Shown: piece after piece, positions 48,830 to 58,965 of the stretch | Numbering within the stretch: position 1 is the first letter of the stretch | Layout of the letters: each line of letters opens with the position of its first letter | Assembly: GCA_038727515.1 (NCBI GenBank) | Contig: JAVYVS010000001.1 | Coordinates: forward strand, 352,001 to 416,000 | Source: Candidatus Methanomethylicia archaeon | Lineage (GTDB): Archaea > Thermoproteota > Methanomethylicia > Culexarchaeales > Culexarchaeaceae | Direction of reading: 5' to 3' | DNA: 64,000 nt | The notes under the pieces: model-generated | Databases searched by the model: none | Seen by the model: the letters and a program-made list of their open reading frames with translations, nothing else | What the model was told of the DNA's origin: nothing | Translations under genes and position numbers: made by a program

Positions 48830-50000
48830 ATGATTAAGAGGAATGATTGTATGGAAAGAGTTCGTGAAGGCAAAAGTAGAAGAATCCTCATGCTTTATGG
48901 ATTTACATCAAGTTTCATAGGAAATACATATTCCCCATTTCTATCTATATTCATATTTGAAATAGCTGGTGGAAGCTTTCTTAGAACTGGCTTAGGAAGT
49001 CAACTTCCATCAATTGTATCAATAATTATGGGTTATACCTGGGCTTTCATATCAGATACTACACGTAAAAGAAGGATATTCATTCAAATGGCTTTGTTAA
49101 ACCAACATTTTTACAACATTATGTTTAAGTTATGTATGGAGCATTGAGCAACTTATAGCAATACAATTAATTGGATCATTAACTGGTAGTGCTGGTGGAT
49201 CAGTATTTTCAGCATTACTTGCAGAAGTATTAAAGGAGCATAGAGGGGAAAGCCTTGGGAAATACAATGCATTTGTAGTTGTTGGAGGATTTCTTGGAAA
49301 TATAATTTCGGGTATACTATATAATACTATTGGCTTTAGAAATATGCTTAGACTCATAGCAGCATTAAACTTTATACCATTAACTTTAATATCGATTATA
49401 CCTAAAGATCCACATGAAAATTGGAATTTAAAAGAATCAAATTGGAGGAATTTTATTCCTAGAATTCCAAGGGAATTCTGGGGTATATATCCAGTAAGAT
49501 TAATTTTAACATTACCTGGAGCTTTAAGTGGAGGTATTTTAGGAATATATTATTTGAAGTATCTTGGTGGCAGCCCTGAAAGTTGGTCTATTGTAGTTGC
49601 TCTCACAACATTACTTGGATTAACAACAATTCCATATGGAAAACTTGCAGATAAACTACCCATTAAAAAAATGTTTATATTTGCAGGTTTAGGATGGACA
49701 ATACTATATCTTGGATACTATATTTCACCAACACCAATAATATTTGCAATATTCTTCATAATACCAATATGGCCAGCATTTTGGATTACATATAACAAAT
49801 GTTTAATGGAATTAAGTGATAAAACTGAAAGAGCAAAATTCTATGCTTTTGAGGGAACATTAAGCACGATATACGGTAATATTATAGGAATAATCTCGGG
49901 ATATCTAGCAGATATCTTCGGACCGAGAGAAATGTTTCTAATATCTTCAGCATCAGCAATCATAGCAACAATATACATAAATTTAAAATTGAAAATTTAG
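48830..50000 (+). pseudogene. MFS transporter split by a one-base frameshift (pseudogene or sequencing error)
   Basis: The first ORF (ISD...KRR motif) leaves frame at TTAAACC near 49099-49101. Removing one A gives LLTNIFTTLCLSYVW...HRGESLGKYNAF, continuous into ORF 49344..50000 (GKLADK). Confidence 0.85.
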
Positions 50001-50100
50001 CTTAAAACAATTCAACTTTTCCCCTAAAATATTAATCACAAAATCATTTAGAAGTATATTCTCAGTAACTTTAATAATAATTTAATGGATATTTATTGAT

Positions 50101-51480
50101 ATGAAGAAGGTTGATTTAATTTTAAAAGGTAAAATTTTCCTTCCATCAGGTTTAATTGAAGCAAATATTGGAATTGAAGAAGGTAAGATAGTTGCAATAT
50201 CAAAATTGGATGATTTAATTCATGGAGATAAAAAGATTAAATTAAATGATGAAGAAGTGGTTATTCCAGGTGTAATAGATGCCCACACTCATATTAGGGG
50301 GATGGGTAGATCTGATTGGGAAGATTTTTATACTGGTTCAATGGCTGCAGCAGCTGGAGGAGTAACAACAATATTTGAAATGCCAATAACATTACCCTCC
50401 ACTTCCACTGCAACAGCATTAGAGGAAAAGATAAAGCAGGCATCTAAACAATCAATAGTTAATTTTGCATTTCATGGCGCTGGAGGATTTGAATCAATAC
50501 CTGAAATACCAAAAATGGCAAGTATTGGAGCTATTTCCTTTAAAATATTTATGCATCCACCTCCCCCTGGGAGAGAAGATGAATTCAAAGGATTATACGT
50601 TGAAGATGATTCTCAACTCTTTGAAAGTCTTGCAACAATAAAGGAAACAGGTAAAGTAGCATATATACATGCTGAAAATCATGTATTATCAGAATACTTT
50701 AAGAGAAAGCAAATTGAAAGTGGTGGAAGAGATTTAATAGCCTATATGAAGTCTAAGCCAAGTATAACTGAAAGTGAAGCTATAAATCGAGTATCACTTT
50801 TAACATCATATATAAATGCAAAAATACACATAGCACATGTATCTTCAAAAGAGAGCATAGAAATTTTAGATTTCCTAAAGAAGAAAGGAATAAAAATTAC
50901 AGCTGAAACAGCACCACACTACCTCCATTTCACAATTGACCAAATAGAACATTTAGGACCTTATGCTAAGGTTAATCCTCCAATACGATTTAAAGAGGAT
51001 AGATTAGCATTATGGAATGCAATTTCAACTGGTGTTATTGATATTGTAGCTTCTGATCATGCTGCATATCCAAAAGATGTTAAAGAAGTTGGAGAAGCAG
51101 ATATATGGAAAGCATATATGGGAGTCCCAGGAATTGAATGTTTAGTACCAATAGTCTTAGATGGTGTAAATAAAGATTTAATAACATTTGAAAGAGCTAT
51201 TGAAGTTTTAAGTACAAATGTAGCTAAAATATTTGGTTTATATCCGAATAAGGGTGTAATCGCCGTAGGTAGCGATGCAGATCTAACTATAATAAAATTA
51301 AAGGAAGAAAGGATATTAAGGGCGTCAGAATTCTATACGAAGGCAAGGGAAATAGCACTTTTATACGATAATGTTAAGGTTATAGGCATACCTACAATGA
51401 CCATTGTTAATGGAGAAATAGTTATGGAAAATGGAGAAGTAATTGGGAAATCAGGTATTGGAAGATTCATAAAAGTATAA
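50101..51480 (+). CDS. Cyclic amidohydrolase (allantoinase/dihydropyrimidinase/dihydroorotase family)
   Basis: PGVIDAHTH, AAAGGVTT, FKIFM, HAEN, HIAHVS, ETAPHYL, KVNPPIR, SDHA. Confidence 0.9.
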   Translation: MKKVDLILKGKIFLPSGLIEANIGIEEGKIVAISKLDDLIHGDKKIKLNDEEVVIPGVIDAHTHIRGMGRSDWEDFYTGSMAAAAGGVTTIFEMPITLPSTSTATALEEKIKQASKQSIVNFAFHGAGGFESIPEIPKMASIGAISFKIFMHPPPPGREDEFKGLYVEDDSQLFESLATIKETGKVAYIHAENHVLSEYFKRKQIESGGRDLIAYMKSKPSITESEAINRVSLLTSYINAKIHIAHVSSKESIEILDFLKKKGIKITAETAPHYLHFTIDQIEHLGPYAKVNPPIRFKEDRLALWNAISTGVIDIVASDHAAYPKDVKEVGEADIWKAYMGVPGIECLVPIVLDGVNKDLITFERAIEVLSTNVAKIFGLYPNKGVIAVGSDADLTIIKLKEERILRASEFYTKAREIALLYDNVKVIGIPTMTIVNGEIVMENGEVIGKSGIGRFIKV

Positions 51481-51495
51481 ATTGACCTTAATGAG

Positions 51496-52728
51496 GTGAT
51501 TTATTTGATTGAAATAGATTCAAAATGGATTGAAGATAAACTTAGAATTCTTAAGAATTTTACGGATGAAGGACCTGGAATAACTAGAATCACATATACT
51601 AAACCATGGCTTAAAGCTCATGAATATATTAAAAAGTTAATGATTGAAGAAGAATTGGAAGTTAAAGTTGATGGTGTTGGAAATATAATTGGATCTTTTA
51701 AACCTAAAGGAAAGTTAAGTAAAAGAGTTTCAACAGGTTCACATATAGATTCAGTAAGAAATGGAGGAAATTACGATGGAATTGTAGGAGTATTATCAGC
51801 AATAGAAATTATTAGGGTTATTAAAAGATTGAAAATAGAAATTGATAAACAAATAGATGTAATAGTTTTTGCAGCGGAAGAAGGGGAGAGATTCAATATT
51901 GGATGTTTAGGGAGTAAAGCAATAACTGGAAAACTAACAGAAGAACAATTGAATTCAATAAGAGATCGTGAAGGAAAAACATTATTACAAGCAATTCAAG
52001 AATGTGGATTTTCAGGGAAAATTGATGAATGTAGAATAGCAAAGGGATATTACAATAATTTTATAGAGTTACATATTGAACAGGGGCCGATACTTGAATC
52101 TAAAGGGAAAGATATTGGAGTAGTAACGGGTATAAGTACACCTTCAAGAATAAAAGTAACATTTAAGGGTATGGCGGGACATTCTGGAACTGTTCCAATG
52201 GATCATAGACGTGATGCATTAATACCATTAGCAGAAACTATATTGGAAGTTAGGAGAATAATAGAACCAGTAAAAGATTTAGCTGTAGGAACTGTTGGAT
52301 TCATACAAGTAAAACCTAACGTAGCAACAATAATACCAGAAGAAGCAACAGCTATAATTGAATTTAGAAGTCTAAATAAAGAGGTTAAAGATCAATTAAT
52401 TGAAACAATCTTAACGAGAATTGGAGAAATAAGCACAAAAAATAAAGTTGATTATGATGCAAAAGTTATAGTCGATGAAAAACCGGTTTACATTCCAACA
52501 TATATTATAGAACTAATAGAAAAAGTTGCTAATAATCTTGGGTATAAAACCTTGAGAATACCCAGTGGTGCAAGTCATGATGCAGCACATATGATGGAAA
52601 TATGTGATGTGGGAATGATATTTATACCATGTAAAGGAGGATATAGCCATATGCCAAAAGAAGAAACATCAATTGAAAATATTGTAAAAGGAGTAAAAAC
52701 ACTTGTACATACAATACTATCAATATAG
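51496..52728 (+). CDS. Zn-dependent N-carbamoyl-amino-acid/allantoate amidohydrolase (M20)
   Basis: GSHIDSV..GG.YDG, EEG.RF, ELHIEQGP, GHSGT.PM..R.DA, SGASHDA, SH...E. Confidence 0.92.
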   Translation: MIYLIEIDSKWIEDKLRILKNFTDEGPGITRITYTKPWLKAHEYIKKLMIEEELEVKVDGVGNIIGSFKPKGKLSKRVSTGSHIDSVRNGGNYDGIVGVLSAIEIIRVIKRLKIEIDKQIDVIVFAAEEGERFNIGCLGSKAITGKLTEEQLNSIRDREGKTLLQAIQECGFSGKIDECRIAKGYYNNFIELHIEQGPILESKGKDIGVVTGISTPSRIKVTFKGMAGHSGTVPMDHRRDALIPLAETILEVRRIIEPVKDLAVGTVGFIQVKPNVATIIPEEATAIIEFRSLNKEVKDQLIETILTRIGEISTKNKVDYDAKVIVDEKPVYIPTYIIELIEKVANNLGYKTLRIPSGASHDAAHMMEICDVGMIFIPCKGGYSHMPKEETSIENIVKGVKTLVHTILSI

Positions 52729-52792
52729 CTTAATAAATATATAATAATGTATAATATATCCACATTTTTACTCTATAAACCCTAATTAACCT

Positions 52793-52954
52793 TTAAATCT
52801 TAAGTGGTAATTCTTCAAACCCCTCACATTCAATTTTGTTTAGATCATCTATAAAATCATTAAAGAATGAGCAATAATAGTATATTGCATCTTCATCCAA
52901 TATAATTTCCAAATTTTTACATAACCTACATAAAGTATTGGAATTTTTGTCCAT
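52793..52954 (-). CDS. Small Cys-rich protein (putative metal-binding)
   Basis: MDKNSNTLCRLCKNL...YYYCSFF...ECEGFE: four Cys in a CxxC..C..C arrangement. Confidence 0.5.
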   Translation of the reverse strand: MDKNSNTLCRLCKNLEIILDEDAIYYYCSFFNDFIDDLNKIECEGFEELPLKI

Positions 52955-53075
52955 TGAGATTAAATACCAGATTAAAGACCACATATGAAATCAACATATA
53001 CAGTAAGTGGAGACTTATAAATGTATCATGATTGTAAATAATGAGACTTAACCTATGAAATTGAATAATTTAGAT

Positions 53076-55997
53076 TTATTTTTCAATGTATATTGCTGGT
53101 CTAGTAGGTATTGCAGAATCTTTCTTTGGTGATACTCCTTCTTCTTCATTTTCAACAATAACTTTTACGCCAAGTTCTTTTGAAAGGAATGATTCAGATT
53201 CCTTTAAAATACTATATTCCATGTCAACTGGAATTAATAAATCGAGAATCTCTGGATTTTTAGCTATAATTTGAGATAATTGTGAGCATATTTTTGCATC
53301 TAATCGCATTTTCTTAATGGTATTTCTAATGGCATCACCCAATTTAATTCCACTCTTCACATTATTTTTAACTTCAAAGGCAAAATCATACTTCCATTTT
53401 GAAGCCACAGTTATCCTAATGGTTTTAGCTTGCTTTAGTAATCTAATAAGTTCTCTACAATCTTCTAAAACTCTTATAACTATTTCTTCAGCTAATTCTA
53501 TTTCAGGTTTAATTTTTGATTCATCACATTCAGGCCATGGATGTATAGATGCATAACCACTCTTCCCAATAGCTTCCCAAATTTCATCTGCAATATGTGG
53601 AATGAAAGGTGCAAGAATTAGAGTTTGAGTTTCAATGAACTTTTTAAGTAGATCTCTATTTGGAGTTTCCGCTCTCCTTAAATACCATCTAAATTTATTC
53701 TGTAAGTTATAGTAGCCTTCCAATAGAGCAGATTTATACATAGTTTTATCCATTAACTCCGTAACCCTCTTAATAATCTTATTAAGAACACTTTCAAACC
53801 ATTCATCAATTTTAAGTTTATCCAATCTGCCACTACCATAATTTTTACATGCAAAATTCATCCATCCAAGAATTTCATTTACAGCTAAATCAGCAATGGA
53901 AGGTTCGAAATTTGGATCTTCAAGTGTTGAATCAGCTCCAGCCATAATTTCAGCCCATCTAATGGCGCTAGCACTCCAACTTTTAATAGCATCCCTTAAT
54001 AGAATGAAATTTCCTTTACTCTTACTCATCTTTTCACCTGCAACCATGATCCAACCATTAATACTTATACCCCTAGGCCAATACTCCCTTGGAAATATTG
54101 CTATGTGATGCATTAAGAAGAAAACTAAATGATTATATAATAGATCTTTACCACTAATCCTTAAATCCACTGGATACCAATATGAAAATTCACGTTTAAT
54201 AGCTTCAATTAAATCCACTGGTATACCAGTAGACTTTGACACACTTAGGGCATCACCAATACCGAGAAGTACGTAATCAAAGAATTCAGGTTTAAGTTGT
54301 TCAGGTTTAATACCATAAATTTCAGGATGCTGTAAATATTTTGCTAGGGTATAATATGCCATATATATTGTTGAATCACTTAGACTTTCAATAACCCAAT
54401 CTTGATCCCATGGTAATCTAGTTCCAAGTTCACCTTTATGTGTAAAAGCCCAATCTCTAAGATTAATTATAGTCTTCTTTAATTCTTCACGAATCTCTTC
54501 TGGATATAAATTCATATGATTAAGCCATTCAATTGTAAAATCTTTCCATTCAGGATTACTATACAATAAGAACCATTGATCTTCCACTATCTTAACATGC
54601 GTCCTAGTACCACAACGACAATATACTCTTACAGGAAGAGTATAAACCTTAATAGCGTAACCTTTAGATTCAAGCCAATTTATTATTTCATCTTTAACTT
54701 CACATACAATTCTACCAGCCCAAACACCAGTATTATCCAATAGTATACCCTTATAATACTCCTTTGAATAAATTTCACTAGTAGCAGCCTCAAGACCACT
54801 TTTATCATTTTGATTTTTAACACCTCTAGCTAAAACAGCATCTCTAGCTGGAAATTCACTATAACCTTCAAGTTTAATTAGAGGTATAGGTTTAATTTCA
54901 GAAACAAGTTTAGGGTCTATATTATACTTTGAAATGAGATCAAGATCCCCCTTAAGATCTTCTAAAGCTATATAATCATAGGGTGCATGTGCTGGAACAC
55001 TCATAACAATACCAGAACCAAGTTCTGGATCAACAAACCATGCTGGTAAAATTGGAACCCAAACTTCAGTTACTGGATTATAAGCATTCCTTCCAATAAG
55101 CTCTAAACCATTAATAAAACCTTTAACAACGACTTTATGATGTTGATCCATTAATTCTTCAGCCATATATCTACTTAATATCCAAATTTCACCATCAACT
55201 TCAGCAATAACATAAGTAGCCTCAGGATGAACCCAAATATTAGTTACACCATAGATAGTTTCAGGTCTAAAGGTTAATGTAGGTATAATTCTACCATCAT
55301 CAAGCTTAAACTTAATTATAACAGCATCTACAAAACTAATTCCCACATATTCATCAGGTCTATCATGATCACCAACAACCTTAAACTCCTTGGGACACCA
55401 AACCACTGGATGAGTCCCTTTACCAATAAATCCCTTCTCCTTCAACTTCAAATACTGCCATTCAATAAACCTACTATAATATGGATTTAGATATGTAGTG
55501 AAGAATTCTCTTCTCCAATCAATACTTAAACCATAACTTATCAAATCTCTTTTCCACTTCTCAGCAAAATATTTAACCCAATATTCAGGATTAGAGAATT
55601 TTTGAATATCAGCTTCAGGAACACCCATAGACAATAAATCAGAAATAATCTTCTTATCACCCTCTCTAACCCTAAGAGCTGCTGAAACTATTGGACCACC
55701 AGTAGCATGCCAACCTTGAGCGAAAAGAACATTAAATCCCCTCATCCTCTTATATCTAGCAGTTACATCAACCCTAAGAATTGTAAATGCACTACCAATA
55801 TGGGTAAGCCCATTAACATATGGATATGGAAATGTAACAAAGAATTTAGGCTTAAGAGGGTTAGGTTCAGCTTCAAAAAGTTTATCTCTAAACCATCTTT
55901 CAATCCACTTCTCTTCTAAAGCTATAAGTTTATCAACAGAAGCTTTATCAACCTTAGGCTTCAGACGATTTTCACCTACAATTCCAACCAAAAACAC
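53076..55997 (-). CDS. leuS: Leucine--tRNA ligase (archaeal type)
   Basis: FPYPYVNGLTHIGS, DWRR.F.T, TFRPET, GSGIVMSVPAHAPYD, ESLSDSTIY, GKDL..NHL, KMSKS. Start uncertain; GTG 55997 lies below a GAAAAACTTTATAT promoter. Confidence 0.95.
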   Translation of the reverse strand: MFLVGIVGENRLKPKVDKASVDKLIALEEKWIERWFRDKLFEAEPNPLKPKFFVTFPYPYVNGLTHIGSAFTILRVDVTARYKRMRGFNVLFAQGWHATGGPIVSAALRVREGDKKIISDLLSMGVPEADIQKFSNPEYWVKYFAEKWKRDLISYGLSIDWRREFFTTYLNPYYSRFIEWQYLKLKEKGFIGKGTHPVVWCPKEFKVVGDHDRPDEYVGISFVDAVIIKFKLDDGRIIPTLTFRPETIYGVTNIWVHPEATYVIAEVDGEIWILSRYMAEELMDQHHKVVVKGFINGLELIGRNAYNPVTEVWVPILPAWFVDPELGSGIVMSVPAHAPYDYIALEDLKGDLDLISKYNIDPKLVSEIKPIPLIKLEGYSEFPARDAVLARGVKNQNDKSGLEAATSEIYSKEYYKGILLDNTGVWAGRIVCEVKDEIINWLESKGYAIKVYTLPVRVYCRCGTRTHVKIVEDQWFLLYSNPEWKDFTIEWLNHMNLYPEEIREELKKTIINLRDWAFTHKGELGTRLPWDQDWVIESLSDSTIYMAYYTLAKYLQHPEIYGIKPEQLKPEFFDYVLLGIGDALSVSKSTGIPVDLIEAIKREFSYWYPVDLRISGKDLLYNHLVFFLMHHIAIFPREYWPRGISINGWIMVAGEKMSKSKGNFILLRDAIKSWSASAIRWAEIMAGADSTLEDPNFEPSIADLAVNEILGWMNFACKNYGSGRLDKLKIDEWFESVLNKIIKRVTELMDKTMYKSALLEGYYNLQNKFRWYLRRAETPNRDLLKKFIETQTLILAPFIPHIADEIWEAIGKSGYASIHPWPECDESKIKPEIELAEEIVIRVLEDCRELIRLLKQAKTIRITVASKWKYDFAFEVKNNVKSGIKLGDAIRNTIKKMRLDAKICSQLSQIIAKNPEILDLLIPVDMEYSILKESESFLSKELGVKVIVENEEEGVSPKKDSAIPTRPAIYIEK

Positions 55998-56049
55998 CGA
56001 ACCAAAGATATACGGCATAAAACATATAAAGTTTTTCATATGATTAACA

Positions 56050-57273
56050 TCAACCTTCCACAGCAAAATTTTCAGAAATCACATAGAGCATTGGAATAAC
56101 TATAAAAACTTCTATAATTACTGGAATTATCAAAACAGTACTTGTAAAACCAAAATCCCATAATAAACCTACAATTATAGATGCATACAATCTAGAAAGA
56201 GAAGATATTGAACCATCTAAACCATAAAGTTTACCTCTACTCTCAGTACCAACAACCTCCCAAAACATCGTTATGAAGGGAGTAAAAGCTGCACCTCCAA
56301 TACCACCAATACCAATGCCCAAAATACTTGCTAAAATCAAATATTCAAAGGATGGAGAATAAATTAAAATGATAACACCTAAACAATAAAATAATGTAAA
56401 AAGATAATACGCCTTCTTCCTACCAAATCTATCAGCCAATTTACCCACTGGGACTTGTGAAACTAAAGATGTAAATATAGCTATAGTAGTTAAAATCCCA
56501 AGTTTAAAAGCATCAACACCCTTAAATTCCACAAGCCACAATGGAAGAAATAAAACTGAGGAATATTGAAATCCATCTCTAAGCAATCTTACTACTATCC
56601 ATAGAATTAAATCCCGCTTACCTCTAATAAAATCCCTATATCCATAAACGATGCTATTAAGATTTAAAGTGAAATTTCTAATCTCTGAGCTTTTACTTAA
56701 ATAAATTTCTTCAAAGAATATGTAGATAACAATAAATATGGAAATGAAGATTATAATTGAAATATAATAGAGGGGGCGAATACCATAAACATTAATTCCA
56801 CCAAAATAGTTAACAATAAATGCAGCTAATAAAGGTGCGGAAACCTGTAATAAACCCCAAAAAATCCGTGAAAAACCCATGATAGTCACTCTTTCTTCAG
56901 GTTTAGTAAAAGAAACAAAAATCATATCAGCAATAGGTATCTGCCTAACCACTTGAGTATACATTAAAAATGCAGGTATAAGCATAATCCAATTATTAGC
57001 AAAAATGAAAAATAACATGGCAAAAATATCAAAAAACAAACCACAAAGAATTATCTTCTTCAAAGAATAAAACTCCATAATAAAACCCATAAAAATTGAA
57101 AATAAACTTGCTAAAAATGCTCCCAAAAAATTAATAAAACCAATATCAAAACCACTAGCACCTAGAAGGGAGAGGAAAAGAACATTATATTGAGATAACA
57201 TCTGTATTGAAAAATAATAAATCCCCTCTACTAAAATAGTCATTTTAACCCTTTTATCCAACCGCTTAAACAT
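56050..57273 (-). CDS. MFS transporter
   Basis: About 12 TM; GKLADRFGRK; RGKLYG. Confidence 0.9.
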   Translation of the reverse strand: MFKRLDKRVKMTILVEGIYYFSIQMLSQYNVLFLSLLGASGFDIGFINFLGAFLASLFSIFMGFIMEFYSLKKIILCGLFFDIFAMLFFIFANNWIMLIPAFLMYTQVVRQIPIADMIFVSFTKPEERVTIMGFSRIFWGLLQVSAPLLAAFIVNYFGGINVYGIRPLYYISIIIFISIFIVIYIFFEEIYLSKSSEIRNFTLNLNSIVYGYRDFIRGKRDLILWIVVRLLRDGFQYSSVLFLPLWLVEFKGVDAFKLGILTTIAIFTSLVSQVPVGKLADRFGRKKAYYLFTLFYCLGVIILIYSPSFEYLILASILGIGIGGIGGAAFTPFITMFWEVVGTESRGKLYGLDGSISSLSRLYASIIVGLLWDFGFTSTVLIIPVIIEVFIVIPMLYVISENFAVEG

Positions 57274-57495
57274 ATGAAAACCACTACTAAAACAAGTGAA
57301 TATTAAAGTCGATAAAAAATTAATGGAAACAAAAAATTAAATTTAGAAAATCTGAATACACTTCAACAAATGTGGAAATTCCTTCAAAAATATACTAAAT
57401 ATCACTATTGAAACACGAAAATTTACATAAGATAGATCTAACAATCTCTAGATAACATTTATATATGTTTTATTGGAAAGTGTTGAAGGGTTTCC

Positions 57496-58950
57496 ATGGA
57501 TTATAAGGGAGTAGATGTATTCTTCAACCCCAAGGGAGTTGCAATAATAGGAGCTGCGAGAGAATCCTATAAACCTGGACACGTAATATTGAGAAACTTC
57601 CTTGAAAACATGATAAACAATGTATTTAAAGGAGAATTATATGCAGTAAATCCAAATGCTGATAAAATTCTAGGATTAAAATGCTATAAATCAGTAAAGA
57701 ATATTGAGGGAATAGTAGATTTATCAGTTATTGCAATCCCAGCAAAACTTGTACCTCAAGCCATTGAAGAATGTGGTGAAGCAAACGTTAAAGGGACAAT
57801 AATAATTAGTAGTGGATTTAAAGAAGTAGGTAATTACGAACTTGAAGAAGAAGTAAAGAGAATAGCTAGGAGATATGGTATTAGGATTATAGGTCCCAAT
57901 TGTGTTGGAGTATATGATGCATATACAGGGGTTGATACAATATTCCTCCAACAAACCAAAACTGTGGGGGGAACACCAATCTTAGCAACTCCAAGACCTA
58001 AACCTGGACCCATATCAATAATAACACAAAGTGGAGCTATGGGAGCTGCAATGCTTGATTATATGAGTGGAGTTGAAATGGGAATTAGTAAATTCATAAG
58101 TTATGGTAATAAAGCAGATGTTGATGAAGTAGATTTAATAGAGTATCTTAGAAATGATGAAAATACAAGAGTAATAATTCTATATGTTGAATCTATTGAT
58201 AGAGGAAGGGAATTCATAAAAGTTGCCCGTGAAACATCACTTAAAAAACCAATTGTGGTGTTAAAGGCTGGTAGAAGTGAAGGGGGTATGAGGGCAGCGG
58301 CTTCACATACAGGTGCTTTAGCCGGTTCATACAAGATATATGAAGCTGCATTTGAACAATCAGGAGTTATATTAACTAAAACTTTAGAGGAACTTATGGA
58401 TTGTGCAAAAGCATTAGCCTATCAACCACCAGCACCAGAAGGAAATATAGTTATAGTTACTAATGGTGGAGGAGCTGGAATAATGACTGTAGATACACTT
58501 GAAAGTTTAGGTATAAAGGTCAATATACCACCAAAAGAGTTAATAGAGGAATTTGAAATTATGAGGAGTAAGGGAGTTATACCCCCCTTTGCATCAATCA
58601 AAAACCCAATAGACCTCACTGGAATATCCACAACCGAAATGTATATTGAAACACTTAAAAAACTTGTAAATAGTGATTGGGTTAATTGCATCTTAATGAT
58701 TGCTCTACATCACATACCAACACTTGAAGGGGATTTCCAAGATAAACTAATAGAAATATGTAAAGAAGCAAAGAAGCCAATAGTAGTATGCGATATTGGA
58801 GAAGCAGAAATGGGTAAACGTGTAAGGATAAGATTTGAAAAAGCAGGAATACCAGCATATTCAACTCCTGAGAGAGCTGCCATAGCCGCATGGAGCCTCA
58901 TAGAATATGGTAAACTAATAAGGAAAATAAAATCTCAAAACTCACTCTAA
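57496..58950 (+). CDS. ADP-forming acetate/acyl-CoA ligase alpha subunit
   Basis: IIGA, GPNCVG, QSGA, GNKAD, AAASHTGALAG (phospho-His), TNGGG.G, NPIDLTG. Confidence 0.92.
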   Translation: MDYKGVDVFFNPKGVAIIGAARESYKPGHVILRNFLENMINNVFKGELYAVNPNADKILGLKCYKSVKNIEGIVDLSVIAIPAKLVPQAIEECGEANVKGTIIISSGFKEVGNYELEEEVKRIARRYGIRIIGPNCVGVYDAYTGVDTIFLQQTKTVGGTPILATPRPKPGPISIITQSGAMGAAMLDYMSGVEMGISKFISYGNKADVDEVDLIEYLRNDENTRVIILYVESIDRGREFIKVARETSLKKPIVVLKAGRSEGGMRAAASHTGALAGSYKIYEAAFEQSGVILTKTLEELMDCAKALAYQPPAPEGNIVIVTNGGGAGIMTVDTLESLGIKVNIPPKELIEEFEIMRSKGVIPPFASIKNPIDLTGISTTEMYIETLKKLVNSDWVNCILMIALHHIPTLEGDFQDKLIEICKEAKKPIVVCDIGEAEMGKRVRIRFEKAGIPAYSTPERAAIAAWSLIEYGKLIRKIKSQNSL

Positions 58951-58965
58951 ATAAATTACTCAAAT

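Noticed and set aside
49097-49103. Programmed frameshift in the MFS gene
   Set aside because: No canonical slippery heptamer or downstream structure evident; mutation or sequencing error is simpler
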